Source of the DNA: Nemertoderma westbladi
Lineage: Eukaryota; Animalia; Xenacoelomorpha
DNA length: 64,000 nt
Assembly: GCA_032718475.1 (NCBI GenBank)
Contig: JAUCBJ010007729.1
Location: 1,099-65,098, forward strand
Reading direction: 5' to 3'
Part shown: in pieces, positions 52,875 to 64,000 of the stretch
How positions within the stretch are numbered: the stretch's first letter is position 1
Layout of the letters: each line of letters opens with the position of its first letter
Notes under the pieces: model-generated
What the model saw: the letters and a program-made list of their open reading frames with translations, nothing else
Told to the model about the DNA's origin: nothing
Database searches by the model: none
Position numbers and translations under genes: made by a program

Positions 52875-54398
52875 TTAGTCTTTCTTACGCGGACGGCGTT
52901 TACGCAGTCCCCTGAGGCTAGCAAGAGTCCTTTTCTCTTTGGGGCGAGCCACTTTACTAGGAGGGCTATAACTCCTGGGTAAAGGGTGCAATACAATTGC
53001 ATCGGAAGGTTTAGGGTTATGGTCGATGTCTCGTCCATTTCGATATGCTTCTCCTCGAGCTGATTTTCCTCTGCTTATCGTTGGATGCGTTCGTCCAAAA
53101 ACTCTTGCAGAGAATAGGATCGTCCAAGTTCGATATCTTCTTAGAGATTCTGGATTTCCTGATCGAACTGAGATAAAGCTAATTCGTTTACCGCTTGGAC
53201 TTGCTGCTGCAATTTACGTTTCTCTAAACAATTATAGGTTCCTTTTCCGATCTTTTGATGAATAGCGTCTAACGCATTTCGTACAACTCTCTCCTCCGCC
53301 TCGGTGACAGGTTGTATCGGGTTAAACAGGGACGATGATACAGTTGAATGACGATATTAGATGTCCGCGTCCCAATCCGGCTAGGTAAGATGGGCGAATA
53401 TCTAGGGAGCCCACAACCGGAGTGCCACCGACTAATTGTTCAGGTAACACTAGATCTTTGAACAATGAGTACAGTTCGGGAAGATCCCTGATACTATTAG
53501 GGTCAAGAGTCTGGGTTCTCACTAGGGAGTGAGGAGGTCTGATCGAGTATTCCGGAACTCGGATCATAGGTTTATTTAAGGATCGTTTGAGTCGAGCGAG
53601 CGTCGGTGATACATCGAACAAGTTTCGCTCGAAACTCCCGTAAATATAGCGAGTAAAACCGTGTTTAAAGCAACATCTCCGCGGATGTTTATGTCTTTCC
53701 GTTTGTTGGTTGGGTCTTGGGCATTCATCGCAATAATACCAAAGACGCACGTCTTATAGGGGAAACGCGGGTGATATTTATTCGGTTTTACAATATTCCT
53801 CCATCTGTTCGAAGCTATCTGGGATGACAGGTAGCGGTCGATCGGCGGTAAGATACATCATAGTGAAATAGAGTCATTTGAGTTCTATCATAGGATCATG
53901 ATGTATACCTTGAGGATATCGAGTTTCTAGATTTTGTTGATTGGCAATATTGAGATATGTTTCTCTCAGGAATTCCAGATAATCGTTGAAGTCGCTGCGT
54001 TTATCCGGCTCTTCAATGTCTTCTCTTTCGAGTCTGTTTCGAATAGAATTCTCGTGTTCCATTCTCTGTTTATCGTTCCGCCTCCGCTGGGTAGGATATT
54101 TAAATAAAACCATTTCCCTTTCGGTGTCTACATCGTCCGTATCGTGTAAATCGATAGGATGGTCGGTAGTTAAGAAGTCCATATACGTACCATTACGATG
54201 CGTATAGCGAGCGGTGAATTTTCTATAGTCCAATTCACGCGTAAGTTGCTCCTGGGACATTGGCGGTTCGATATAACGACCATCGTCCTCCGTAGTAGTT
54301 GGACCAGCGTCGCCGCGTATCAAGCTATCAACAAACGCTTGTAAAGGTAGAGTATATCGCTCCCTGATACCAAGATCATCTTCTATTAACTCAGTCAT
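52875..54398 (-). pseudogene. Decayed ~500-codon ORF of unknown function downstream of BEL/Pao pol
   Basis: ORFs 53874-54398 and 53322-53750 share a frame, joined through three stops. After a frameshift near 53330 the protein-like reading continues (VTEAEERVVRNALDAIHQKIGKG...LQQQVQAVNELAL..., two more TAA). Contains YYCDECP...HKHPRRCCFKH. Confidence 0.55.
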
Positions 54399-55219
54399 AT
54401 CTGCTATATGAGTTTATCAATATTATAATGAGTTTATATTTAGGCTAGCGGGCGTCGCTGCCTACCCCTCTCGGCCCCCGGACAGCGCAAGATCCTCAGT
54501 GCTGGTGTACTTTCGCCGATGTGCCTATCGCCAACGTAGTAGCTGCACAACGACCACAACAACCAGCGCGAGTCACTCCACCGTCCGTCCCAAAGGCTTA
54601 GATTTACTTCAGGTTCTTACTGGAGAGTTAGGGCTACTTTCACAATTGCGACTCGCTACTGTAAACACACTTTAGTAGTAACATTCACCTATAAACACAC
54701 AAATTCCACACAACTGTCACAAACCGCACACATTCGGGCCATTTGTCCGTTAGTCAAGTGCCTTCCAGAATGCCACGTTATTATTGGGTATCCTGGGATA
54801 CTAGCAGTATGCTATTTATTCCTTATGCTATTCAATGGGCAAGCTTTATTGTTCTTTTAACTCACTTCTAATTCTAGCGTGGTTGTTGCCATGGTGACAT
54901 TATGGAAAGCTAGCGGTAGAATTAGGGTAATTCCCATGCATACAGATCTGGGATGCTATTTAATAGTAATTCTTTAATTGTCAATATTCCTCTTTATACA
55001 TGATTTTATGAATTTTTATCGGCTATTGACCATATATTGGAGATTCTCGCACACTAATACACTTAATAGAGTGAATCTCCGCTCCCATGATCTATTAATT
55101 AATGGAATTTTGGGAATGTTATAAATTGTATAAAAATGACAATTTATCAAATTCATTAAAAATATGAATTTAAATTTATTCCCGTAAATTTTATTATTTA
55201 ATATTAAATAGACACAATT

Positions 55220-55512
55220 TTATTCCAGAACATGTCTGCGGACTGGGATCCTTGATTCTAGGAAATTGGTCTTTTCAAGAATATCGTTAAGTGCTACGAT
55301 ATCTTAATAGACTAGAATTTTAATGGATCTAAAATTTGACAGATTTAGTAAATATTAATAATTAATATTTAGGATGGGCACCGGTTTATTCCAGAACTTG
55401 TCTGGGGACATTAACCACTGATTCTAGAATTTTGTCTTTCAAGTATATCGGTGGGTGCCGCGATATCTTAATCGACTAGAATTGCAGATGGTCAAAGGGT
55501 TTAACAGATTTA
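55220..55512. repeat. Diverged direct repeat (~127 bp, offset 166) in the putative BEL LTR
   Basis: TTATTCCAGAAC...GATTCTAG...CGATATCTTAAT.GACTAGAATT...ACAGATTTA occurs at ~55220 and ~55386. Confidence 0.75.
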
Positions 55513-56008
55513 TCTTGCGTTTTACGCTACTGTTAAAGGGACATCACGCTACTATATGTATTATTTAATATACGGTATGAGAGCAATATCGCAAGAAGCA
55601 ATGTCAGTGAGAAGAGGCAAGTCGTTTCCAAGGTCTACCCAGAGCTTGGTTTAGCCGAGACACGAGGATCTGAACTTTGCATTCCTAATACTCTACTTTA
55701 CCAATAATACTTGAATATAGTAGGAGCTTTATTGTACTTTAATTAGTACGGACATTTCATCTTACTGTAGTCACGTATTTGTAATGTAATACGGTCAGTA
55801 AGGAAAGAGAAAAGAATTATTTCTCGCCGTCGCACTAAATATATAATATATAAGTAATTAAGTAATAAACGCGAATATATATTGCACTAATCTACTAGAT
55901 AATCGCTAAAATAACATTCTACTAAATAAAATTAAAGAAAACGATTATAATAAAATTACATAATAATACGTACCTAAATATAAAATAATAAAAATATAAA
56001 ATAATATA

Positions 56009-56025
56009 GTCACACACCCACTCCA
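56009..56025 (-). promoter_or_regulatory. Putative polypurine tract and start (TGTGAC) of the BEL/Pao 3' LTR
   Basis: Minus strand reads GGAGTGGGTG-TGTGAC immediately after the pol stop at 56033, the usual BEL/Pao arrangement. The distal LTR end cannot be fixed without the 5' LTR. Confidence 0.5.
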
Positions 56026-56032
56026 GCCGTTG

Positions 56033-59000
56033 TTAAGTTGGGGAGTCCCTAGATGTTTGTTGGATTAGGGAGGTGGTCGTGGGAAGAGTATCTTGCCTTC
56101 CATAGTTTCCGGAGAGTTCTCTGTCTCTTTCCAGTAAACATAAACGACCAACTGGGCGATTGAGCTGCTGTGTCTCGAAGACAATTCCCGGTTTCTTGAA
56201 GTTACGTCGCATGACGACGAGTTCTACCGATCGCACCAAACCATCATCCGAGATGTGAGTCTCGATGATACGACCTGTCTGCCACCGCTTACGTGGAAGA
56301 TCTGAATCCACAATAAGGACCATGTCTCCAGCGCTGACATTTTCTTGCTGCACAAAACAACTTAGTTCGAAGTTGTAGCGTGGGCAGATAATGTTTTTCG
56401 AAATGGTCAGTGAAACGACGGGATAACAACTGCATAAGTTGCCAAGTTTGCCGGCAGTATTCGTCTCTGTCTGTGATTTCCGATCGTGGGAGCATGGCTA
56501 CAGGTTTCTTCAGTAGGAAGTGCGCGGGTGTTAGCGCTTCCAGGGAATCGGGACTCAATGAGACTGGCATAAGCGGTCTCTCGTTGAGATAGGCGGCGAT
56601 TTCCTCCATTAACGTCCGCAAAAGTTCGTCGGTGAGATACGCGCGGCACGGCACTATGAAGTGAAATGCGGTCTTCACGCTCCTGATTAATCTCTCCCAA
56701 CTTCCTCCCCACCAAGGGGCGTCGGCGGCGTTGAAGGTCCAGCTAGACGCTGTTACCCTTAGCTGATCATCCACCTGTCTTTGGTTCCAATCTTTGACGT
56801 AAGCCTTGATTTCATTGTTGGCACTAATGAAGTTCGTTCCCTTATCAGATCTCATCGTGTTACTAGTTCCAAAGCGAGCGATCTGTCGTCGTAAGCTCAA
56901 TAGGAAGCTGTTGATAGATAAATCGTTCACCATATCGAGATGGATAGCTCTACAAGTCATACAAACAAAGATGACACACCATCTCTTGACTATAGTCCTA
57001 GCATGATATACTTCAATAGGGCCAAATAAATCTACACCGGTATTAGTAAAGGGTGGTTCATAGAAGCTTACTCGTTTCCTAGGTAATTCTGCCTCTCGCT
57101 GTGTTAAAGGCCTACTGAATGCTTTCCTACAGGGTATGCAGTTCCTAAGAACTTGGTTCAGAGCTCTACGGGGTTTATAAAAATAAGAGCGAGTTCGAAT
57201 TTCGCTAAGAACTCGTTCTCTACCAGCATGATAAAGTTTGCTGTGAACATCTACAATCATCTTGATTTGTATTTCAAGATTTCTAATGAGTATGGGAAAC
57301 TTGGTGTCAAAGGATAATGGAGCATTAGTTAATCTTCCTCCAACACGTATCAACCCATCTATCATTGTGCTAGAGAAACGATCCCTTAAGCGCATCTGTG
57401 GATTTCTCAACAACAGGAAATACTTATCGGAATCCTCATAGCATTGCAGGAGTCTCAGCATCTGCTTGTTGGTTTCTTCATGCTCCTGATAACTGATCTT
57501 CTCCTTCAGAAACCTGTCGGATATCTTATATTTGGGAAGATCTTTAACAACATGGACCTGCACAGATGTCAGTGGAGCGGTATCACTATTGGTCTTCGTC
57601 CTGGAGTAGTGATGATGAAAACATCGCTTTAAATATGTAACGGCCTTACAGAGCCGATTCCAGGAACTGTAGTGATATATCGCTCTCTGCAGGAGAGGTG
57701 AGAGTCCTTGCGAGACGTCTGGAATTCCAGATTTCCAATCCCTCTCTCTGATTTCCACAACAGACTTATTTGTGGCTGTGGGTTTCGGATCCAAAGCGTC
57801 GTCTCCGGAAGTGTGTAGTACAGACAGATCTACCACGGGTTTAAATAACTTTGATTTACTCGCCCGAGTTTTAGGTTTGACTTTCTCCGCTCCCTTGGCC
57901 TGTCTAATCTCTGCCGTAGTAAGATGAGGAGGCCATTCATCCTCTTCTTTGCTTAGGAAGTCGGGTCCACCTAACCAGTCTGGAGTATCTATCAGTTCTT
58001 GTGGAGTTGCTCCCCTGGAGGCGATGTCTGCTGGATTAATCGTTCCGGGGCAATGTCTCCATTGATCCATCTTCGTGCGACTAAGTATAATGGCTACTCT
58101 GTTGGTAACGAAGACGCTGAACTGACAGACTTCATTGGTTATATACTCCAACACGAGTAAAGCATCAGTCCAATAGACAGTTTTCTCCAGTGGATAGTCG
58201 ATCTGTTCTGTTACATTCCGGCCTATGGCTGTAGCGTATAGAGCCGCTTTTAACTCCGTTCGAGGAACTTTCAACTTGTTGTTTATCAATGCCTTAGAGG
58301 TAACCAAGGCGACTTTGATTCCATCCGGAGTTTCCACTCTCAGGTAGGCTACTATACCTATTCCCATATCGCTGGCGTCTCCAAACACATGGAGTTGATA
58401 GGAATACGTAGGGAGAACATGACCAAAATATGAACGGGAAATTATAAAGTTCTCGATGGCTGGTAGAGAATCTTCCCATTTCATCCACTTCTTTAATAAT
58501 TCTCCCTTAAGTGGATCGTCCCATGAGTGGTTTTCCAGCCACATTTGTTGTACTAAACTCCGAGCAATTAATATAACTGGGCTAATAAATCCCAATGGAT
58601 CGAAATAAGTGCTCAGGATACTTAAACAAATCCGTTTAGTCCGAATTGGATTATCTCGCTGTTTTAGCTGGAAAAACAGGATATCTCTCTCTGTGTCCCA
58701 TTTCAAACCAAGTGTCTTGGTTTCTGGAAGATCATCTTTGATTAGGTCTAGGTCTTTCGCTCCTCGATCTTCTACCGGGATCGATTCTAGATACTCACGA
58801 GAGTTGCTGGTGAATTTAGTTAATCGAAATCCACCTCTTTTTAAGCACTCTACCATTCCTTTGGCGACATCAATGGCTTCTCGTCCATGTATATATCCCG
58901 TTTGATGTTGTCGATCACCTCTTTTGAGAAGGCGTCCCGGTTGTCATCAGCAGTGGTGCGCACCACTGAGCAGGCGTTTGAAGGGCTTGAGATGATCCCA

Positions 59001-60656
59001 AAAGCCTGGATGGTCATCCAATACTCCACCGGTTTCTGGCTGAGGTCTCCTTCAGGCCACCACAGAAATCGTAGGCTGTCTCGATCACTGTCCAGCGCCT
59101 TGACTTGTAAGAACATGCCTTCTATATCGGAGGCGAAAGCGATTGAATATTGTCGTAATCTTAAGAGTATTCCCAACAAGGATTGGACTAAGTTGGGTCC
59201 TGGTAACAACTCGGAATTAAGGGATTGGCCCATGTAGAGGGCGGAGCCGTCGAATACTACTCGTACCTCATGAGGTTTACCGGGTTTGGTAGTACGTTCT
59301 TGGTTAAATAGTACGTTCTTTCAGTTAGGGGTGTTCCTTCCGGTACTCGCTCTGCATATCCCTTGTTAATAAATTTCTTCAACTGAGTCTGATACATTTC
59401 TTTAGCTGAAGCATTTGCCGTAAGGCGTCGATGTAGTTGAGCAATTCTTTTCTCCGCCAAGGGTCGGTTGTTTATGAATTTTGGTTCTCGCTTTCGGAAT
59501 GGGAGACCGATTTCATATCTACCTTGATCTTTAAGAAAACGTGTAGTTGTCTCCTGGATCTGCTTGGCTCTTTCTTCTTCTACCGATAGGGCCTTATCGT
59601 AGGAATTGGGCTCTACAGCCTCTTGAGTAAAGAATCGTACGGCGTGTTCATCTCGAGTTTTTGCGTTATATCTCTCGATTGCGTCATTCAGTTCGTCGTT
59701 ATAGTCGACTTGTCCTGATGGACGAATGACTTGACATAGGTTCACTTGGTTTTGCCAAGTCTCGTTTTCCGTAAGGATATCGATGGCATTCTCCTCGTCG
59801 AAGAGCTGGTGGATATCGTCATTATCTGAGGAGTATGGTGTTCCCTCAGTTGGGTCGTCAACTTTGCTGCTCTCCACTTCACATTCACTTAATTGATATA
59901 CCTGTTCTTTTGGTAATCTTTCCATGAGAGTTCTACGTGAAGGGCCAGTAAAGTACCAACCTACTCTAGTTCTTCCCGCATAGGCTTGTAGTGGTTGCGG
60001 TTGAGCAGGCCGTTTCTCCAATGTCTCAAGCGCTTCATGCGCATTTTGGCCGATGAGTATTTGCACTCCAGGGTAATCTGTGTTGAATCTAGGTATATTA
60101 AGCTGCTGGGTGGAATCGTCCTCATCCCAGTTATAAGGTTCTACTTGACTGGTAGCGAAGTTCTTTATCGCCACCATTTTTACTGACCTAGTTCATCCTG
60201 GGGGGTGGACAACGCACCTACATAATAATCCGTTATTACTGTAGATTTCCAAACCTGCATAATTCCTGACATGTTTAACTTAGTTCGGAACTTGGGTTGT
60301 CCAGCAAAGATGTCTTCGGCTAGTTCTTTGTCGATGAATGTTCCTGTGCTACCGGAGTCAAGGAGGGCGTTCACTATATAACTCCTTTTAGGTCCGTGGA
60401 CCCTTAACTGTACTACGGGAAATTCTCGGATTCCTACATTGGAAGTTGGTGCTTTCCAAGATGGTTGTCGGTCAGAAGTAGTTAGGGGGAGCTCGCTGTC
60501 TGTGTCTTTTTCATACGTAAGTGCTCGATACACTGCGGTATTTATCAGGTAACAGGATTCGTTTTCATCGGAGAATTTGTCCGTATAGAATCCTTCCATC
60601 TCAGAACTTTGGTCAGTGTCGTTCACATCACTGAATTGGACATGTAGTTCGGAAAA
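56033..60656 (-). mobile_element. BEL/Pao LTR retrotransposon pol (protease-RT-RNase H-integrase), frameshifted; gag and 5' LTR absent
   Basis: Protease ALLDSGSTGTFI; RT DIEGMFLQV, LRFLW and YMD (deletion follows); Pao RNase H FDPLGF, LHVFGDAS, PRTELKAA, WRHCPGTINPADIASRG; integrase HAGRE...CIPC, GVDLFGP, SDKGTNF, GGSWERLIRSVK; C-terminal WQTGRI...DGLVRSV. Frameshifts at ~60178, ~59290, ~58875 and ~56350. Confidence 0.95.
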
Positions 60657-60996
60657 TGTCACTCCGACACATATTAAACCTGAGTGGTATTTTCTTTCTG
60701 CATATGCTGTGCTGCGGGCCATCCCAAATAAGAGTCTAGGAGTTGTGGCTCTTGCAATGTTTTTTGGGATTTTTTTTTTTATTCCTTTTTTTAATAAGAC
60801 TCAGCGAGTTTCTGGGCAATTTGGTTTTTTTTTTAAATTTCTTTTTTGACTGTGGTGAGCTTGTGTTATTTTTCTCGTTTGGATTGGGGGCAAACCAGCA
60901 GAAGATCCATTTATTGGGGTGAGGGTAGTGTTTGCATTTTTTTATTTTTTTCTTGTTGGGCTGATTACAATAGTTCGTGAGTTGAAGTCTTATTAG
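60657..60996 (+). pseudogene. cob: Cytochrome b, 3' portion (mitochondrial code)
   Basis: [32 protein letters not shown]...WIGGKPAEDPF; frame is open to TAG at 60994-60996 if TGA=Trp. Confidence 0.95.
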
Positions 60997-61001
60997 CTTA
61001 T

Positions 61002-61088
61002 ATACTTGATCAACTAAAGTATTTTTTGTATATTTTATTTAGGTTAAAAAGGGCCAGTATGGTGGTTGAAAACGTAATTTGGTTTTAA
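61002..61088 (+). pseudogene. Possible highly reduced atp8
   Basis: ATA-started 28-codon frame MLDQLKYFLYILF...VIWF* filling the cob-trnT gap; weak resemblance to the MPQL start. Confidence 0.3.
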
Positions 61089-61102
61089 TGAAGGTGTGAG
61101 GG

Positions 61103-61163
61103 GCTACTGTAGTTTAAAAAAAATATAAATTTTGTAATTTTAAGATGGCGGGCCTCAGCAGCT
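61103..61163 (+). tRNA. trnT: Mitochondrial tRNA-Thr (TGT)
   Basis: Acceptor GCTACTG/CAGCAGC, TAGTTTAA D-arm start, anticodon loop TTTGTAA. Confidence 0.7.
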
Positions 61164-61169
61164 TTTTTG

Positions 61170-61237
61170 GCTTTTATAGTTGAGGTTAACAATTTAAATT
61201 TTTCATTTTTAAGGTGATGGAAATCCATCTTTAAGTA
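61170..61237 (+). tRNA. trnE: Mitochondrial tRNA-Glu (TTC)
   Basis: GCTTTTA-TAGTTG D-arm, anticodon loop TTTTCAT, T-arm GATGG-AAAT-CCATC. Confidence 0.75.
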
Positions 61238-61272
61238 AAAGCTTTTTTTTGGGGAGAGGGGCAATTAGTTAC

Positions 61273-61709
61273 ATGGCTTCATTTGTATGTTTGTTTTTTA
61301 TTGTGTTGTATTTAGTCTTATTATTAGTGTTATTATTTTTTTTTTTAGTACAGGGGTGAATTATTTTTGAAGATTTGGCTATAGATCAAAAGTTACTCCA
61401 TTTGAATGTGGGTTTGATTCCACTGCTAAATCTAAAAATCTGTTTTGTATGCCCTTTTCTGTTCATTTTTTTAGTGTGTGTGTGATTTTTCTTCTTTTTG
61501 ATGCGGAGGTTTGTTTTATTTTTTCTACGGTGCTTAGTATTTCGTGAGAGGCATCAATGAGATTTTTTGTGCTTTTTATTATTATTACTAGGGTAGTTGT
61601 AGGGTTTTTTTATGAATGATGGAAAGGGGGTATGGAGTGGGAGTTTTTATTTTATAGCGAATTAAAGAAAAAACAAAATCAGCTTGTAGTGGGAGAAGAA
61701 TTCTATTAA
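61273..61709 (+). pseudogene. nad3: NADH dehydrogenase subunit 3 with a 1-nt frameshift in a T homopolymer
   Basis: KVTPFECGFD, PFSVHFF, IFLLFDAE and YEWWKGGMEW. The ATG at 61273 is out of frame by one base across the T run at ~61336-61346. First full stop is 61707-61709; the true end may be an earlier incomplete stop. Confidence 0.9.
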
Positions 61710-61750
61710 TAAAGTTTTGATAGAGGGGGGGGGGGCCTAGTAATGATTTT

Positions 61751-64000
61751 AAATTAAGTGTGAGGGGCAAACCTCATTAAGTTGCATTTTTTTTATAATA
61801 ATGAGATATAAAAATTTATTTAAAATTCAAGACCGGTGAGGGATTGTTTTTAAAGAAATATTCCCTACTTAAATTTTTTTAATTTGAGTTAAAATTTTTA
61901 GATTTTGGGGGTTTGGTGCCCAAAAGAGAGAATTAGATAGAATAAGTGATTTTTTAAGTCACTTTAGTTGATTATTTCAGCCTTTCTTTAGATTTTTATA
62001 TTAGTTTTTCAGTTTAGTCTCAACCCCCCTCCGGTTGGGAGGGAGGGGATAGATAGAGAGGGAATATTTTTAGTGTAACCCGAGTAGGTTTAGGAGGAGT
62101 AGTGTTTAATTATGGTCCTGCCCTAAAGATAGTGAGTTTAGTCATTGCGCAATTTAGATTGCTTTAGAGAAAATTTCTTAAAGATTGAATTTTCTTCCTC
62201 TCACATATTTTTTTAAATTAAGTGTGAGGGGCAAACCTCATTAAGTTGCATTTTTTTTTATAATAATGAGATATAAAAATTTATTTAAAATTCAAGACCG
62301 GTGAGGGATTGTTTTAAAGAAATATTCCCTACTTAAATTTTTTTAATTTGAGTTAAAATTTTTAGATTTTGGGGGTTTGGTGCCCAAAAGAGAGAATTAG
62401 ATAGAATAAGTGATTTTTTAAGTCACTTTAGTTGATTATTTCAGCCTTTCTTTAGATTTTTATATTAGTTTTTCAGTTTAGTCTCAACCCCCCTCCGTTG
62501 GGAGGGAGGGGATAGATAGAGAGGGAATATTTTTAGTGTAACCCGAGTAGGTTTAGGAGGAGTAGTGTTTAATTATGGTCCTGCCCTAAAGATAGTGAGT
62601 TTAGTCATTGCGCAATTTAGATTGCTTTAGAGAAAATTTCTTAAAGATTGAATTTTCTTCCTCTCACATATTTTTTTTAAATTAAGTGTGAGGGGCAAAC
62701 CTCATTAAGTTGCATTTTTTTTTTATAATAATGAGATATAAAAATTTATTTAAAATTTAAAATTCAAGACCGGTGAGGGATTGTTTTTAAAGAAATATTC
62801 CCTACTTAAATTTTTTTAATTTGAGTTAAAATTTTTAGATTTTGGGGGCTTGGTGCCCAAAAGAGAGAATTAGATAGAATAAGTGATTTTTTAAGTCACT
62901 TTAGTTGATTATTTCAGCCTTTCTTTAGATTTTTATATTAGTTTTTCAGTTTAGTCTCAACCCCCCTCCGGTTGGGAGGGAGGGGATAGATAGAGAGGGA
63001 ATATTTTTAGTGTAACCCGAGTAGGTTAGGAGGAGTAGTGTTTAATTATGGTCCTGCCCTAAAGATAGTGAGTTTAGTCATTGCGCAATTTAGATTGCTT
63101 TAGAGAAAATTTCTTAAAGATTGAATTTTCTTCCTCTCACATATTTTTTTTAAATTAAGTGTGAGGGGCAAATCTCATTAAGTTGCATTTTTTTTTATAA
63201 TAATGAGATATAAAAATTTATTTAAAATTTAAAATTCAAGACCGGTGAGGATTGTTTTTAAAGAAATATTCCCTACTTAAATTTTTTTAATTTGAGTTAA
63301 AATTTTAGATTTTGGAGTTTGGTGCCCAAAAGAGAGAATTAGATAGAATAAGTGATTTTTTAAGTCACTTTAGTTGATTATTTCAGCCTTTCTTTAGATT
63401 TTTATATTAGTTTTTCAGTTTAGTCTCAACCCCCCTCCGGTTGGGAGGGAGGGGATAGATAGAGAGGGAATATTTTTAGTGTAACCCGAGTAGGTTTAGG
63501 AGGAGTAGTGTTTAATTATGGTCCTGCCCTAAAGATAGTGAGTTTAGTCATTGCGCAATTTAGATTGCTTTAGAGAAAATTTCTTAAAGATTGAATTTTC
63601 TTCCTCTCACATATTTTTTTTTAAATTAAGTGTGAGGGGCAAACCTCATTAAGTTGCATTTTTTTTTTTATAATAATGAGATATAAAAATTTATTTAAAA
63701 TTTAAAATTCAAGACCGGTGAGGGATTGTTTTTAAAGAAATATTCCCTACTTAAATTTTTTTAATTTGAGTTAAAATTTTTAGATTTTGGGGGCTTGGTG
63801 CCCAAAAGAGAGAATTAGATAGAATAAGTGATTTTTTAAGTCACTTTAGTTGATTATTTCAGCCTTTCTTTAGATTTTTATATTAGTTTTTTAGTTTAGT
63901 CTCAACCCCCCTCCGGTTGGGAGGGAGGGGATAGATAGAGAGGGAATATTTTTAGTGTAACCCGAGTAGGTTTAGGAGGAGTAGTGTTTAATTATGGTCC
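61751..64000. repeat. Mitochondrial control-region-like tandem repeat, units of 464-473 bp, at least 4.8 copies
   Basis: AAATTAAGTGTGAGGGGCAAA recurs at 61751, 62215, 62679, 63152 and 63623; units are non-coding and hairpin-rich. Confidence 0.92.

Larger units (their letters stand above)
60657..64000 (+). other. Mitochondrial DNA segment (NUMT or assembly join), running off the window end
   Basis: Abrupt switch to G+T-rich composition; cob, tRNAs, nad3 and control-region-like repeats, all on one strand. Confidence 0.93.

Noticed and set aside
54840-54852. AATAAAGCTTGCC on the minus strand resembling a retroviral poly(A) signal context
   Set aside because: Short chance similarity; it may be an LTR poly(A) signal but cannot be distinguished from other AATAAA sites nearby.
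60180-60849. ORF-track proteins spanning the BEL/cob junction (60180-60722 minus; 60616-60849 plus)
   Set aside because: Their N-termini are antisense read-through across the junction, and the 60849 stop is a mitochondrial Trp codon.
61645-61720. Possible additional mitochondrial tRNA after nad3
   Set aside because: I could not build a convincing cloverleaf by eye; needs MiTFi or ARWEN.

Overview
Eukaryotic nuclear DNA, most likely from an invertebrate animal, dominated by repeats. From left to right: a decayed Ty3/Gypsy pol (minus) abutting the poly(A) end of an L1/Tx1-clade LINE; two minisatellites; L2-type 3' ends; MITEs with clear target-site duplications; the first coding exon of an SLC43A3-like transporter; a tRNA-derived SINE; a decayed Tc1/mariner element with long TIRs; an old RTE fragment; and a 3.4-kb terminal exon encoding a two-PH-domain protein. 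A ~25-kb array of a 27-bp satellite follows. It contains an internal block repeated at a 6840-bp offset and a young, 5'-truncated RTE LINE fused in frame to the satellite. Next is a BEL/Pao pol with a decayed ~500-codon unknown ORF downstream of its putative PPT. The window ends in mitochondrial sequence (cob 3' end, possible atp8, trnT, trnE, nad3, ~465-bp control-region tandem repeats) joined directly to the BEL ORF, either a NUMT or a mis-join. Family assignments come from recognised motifs only; no searches were run.
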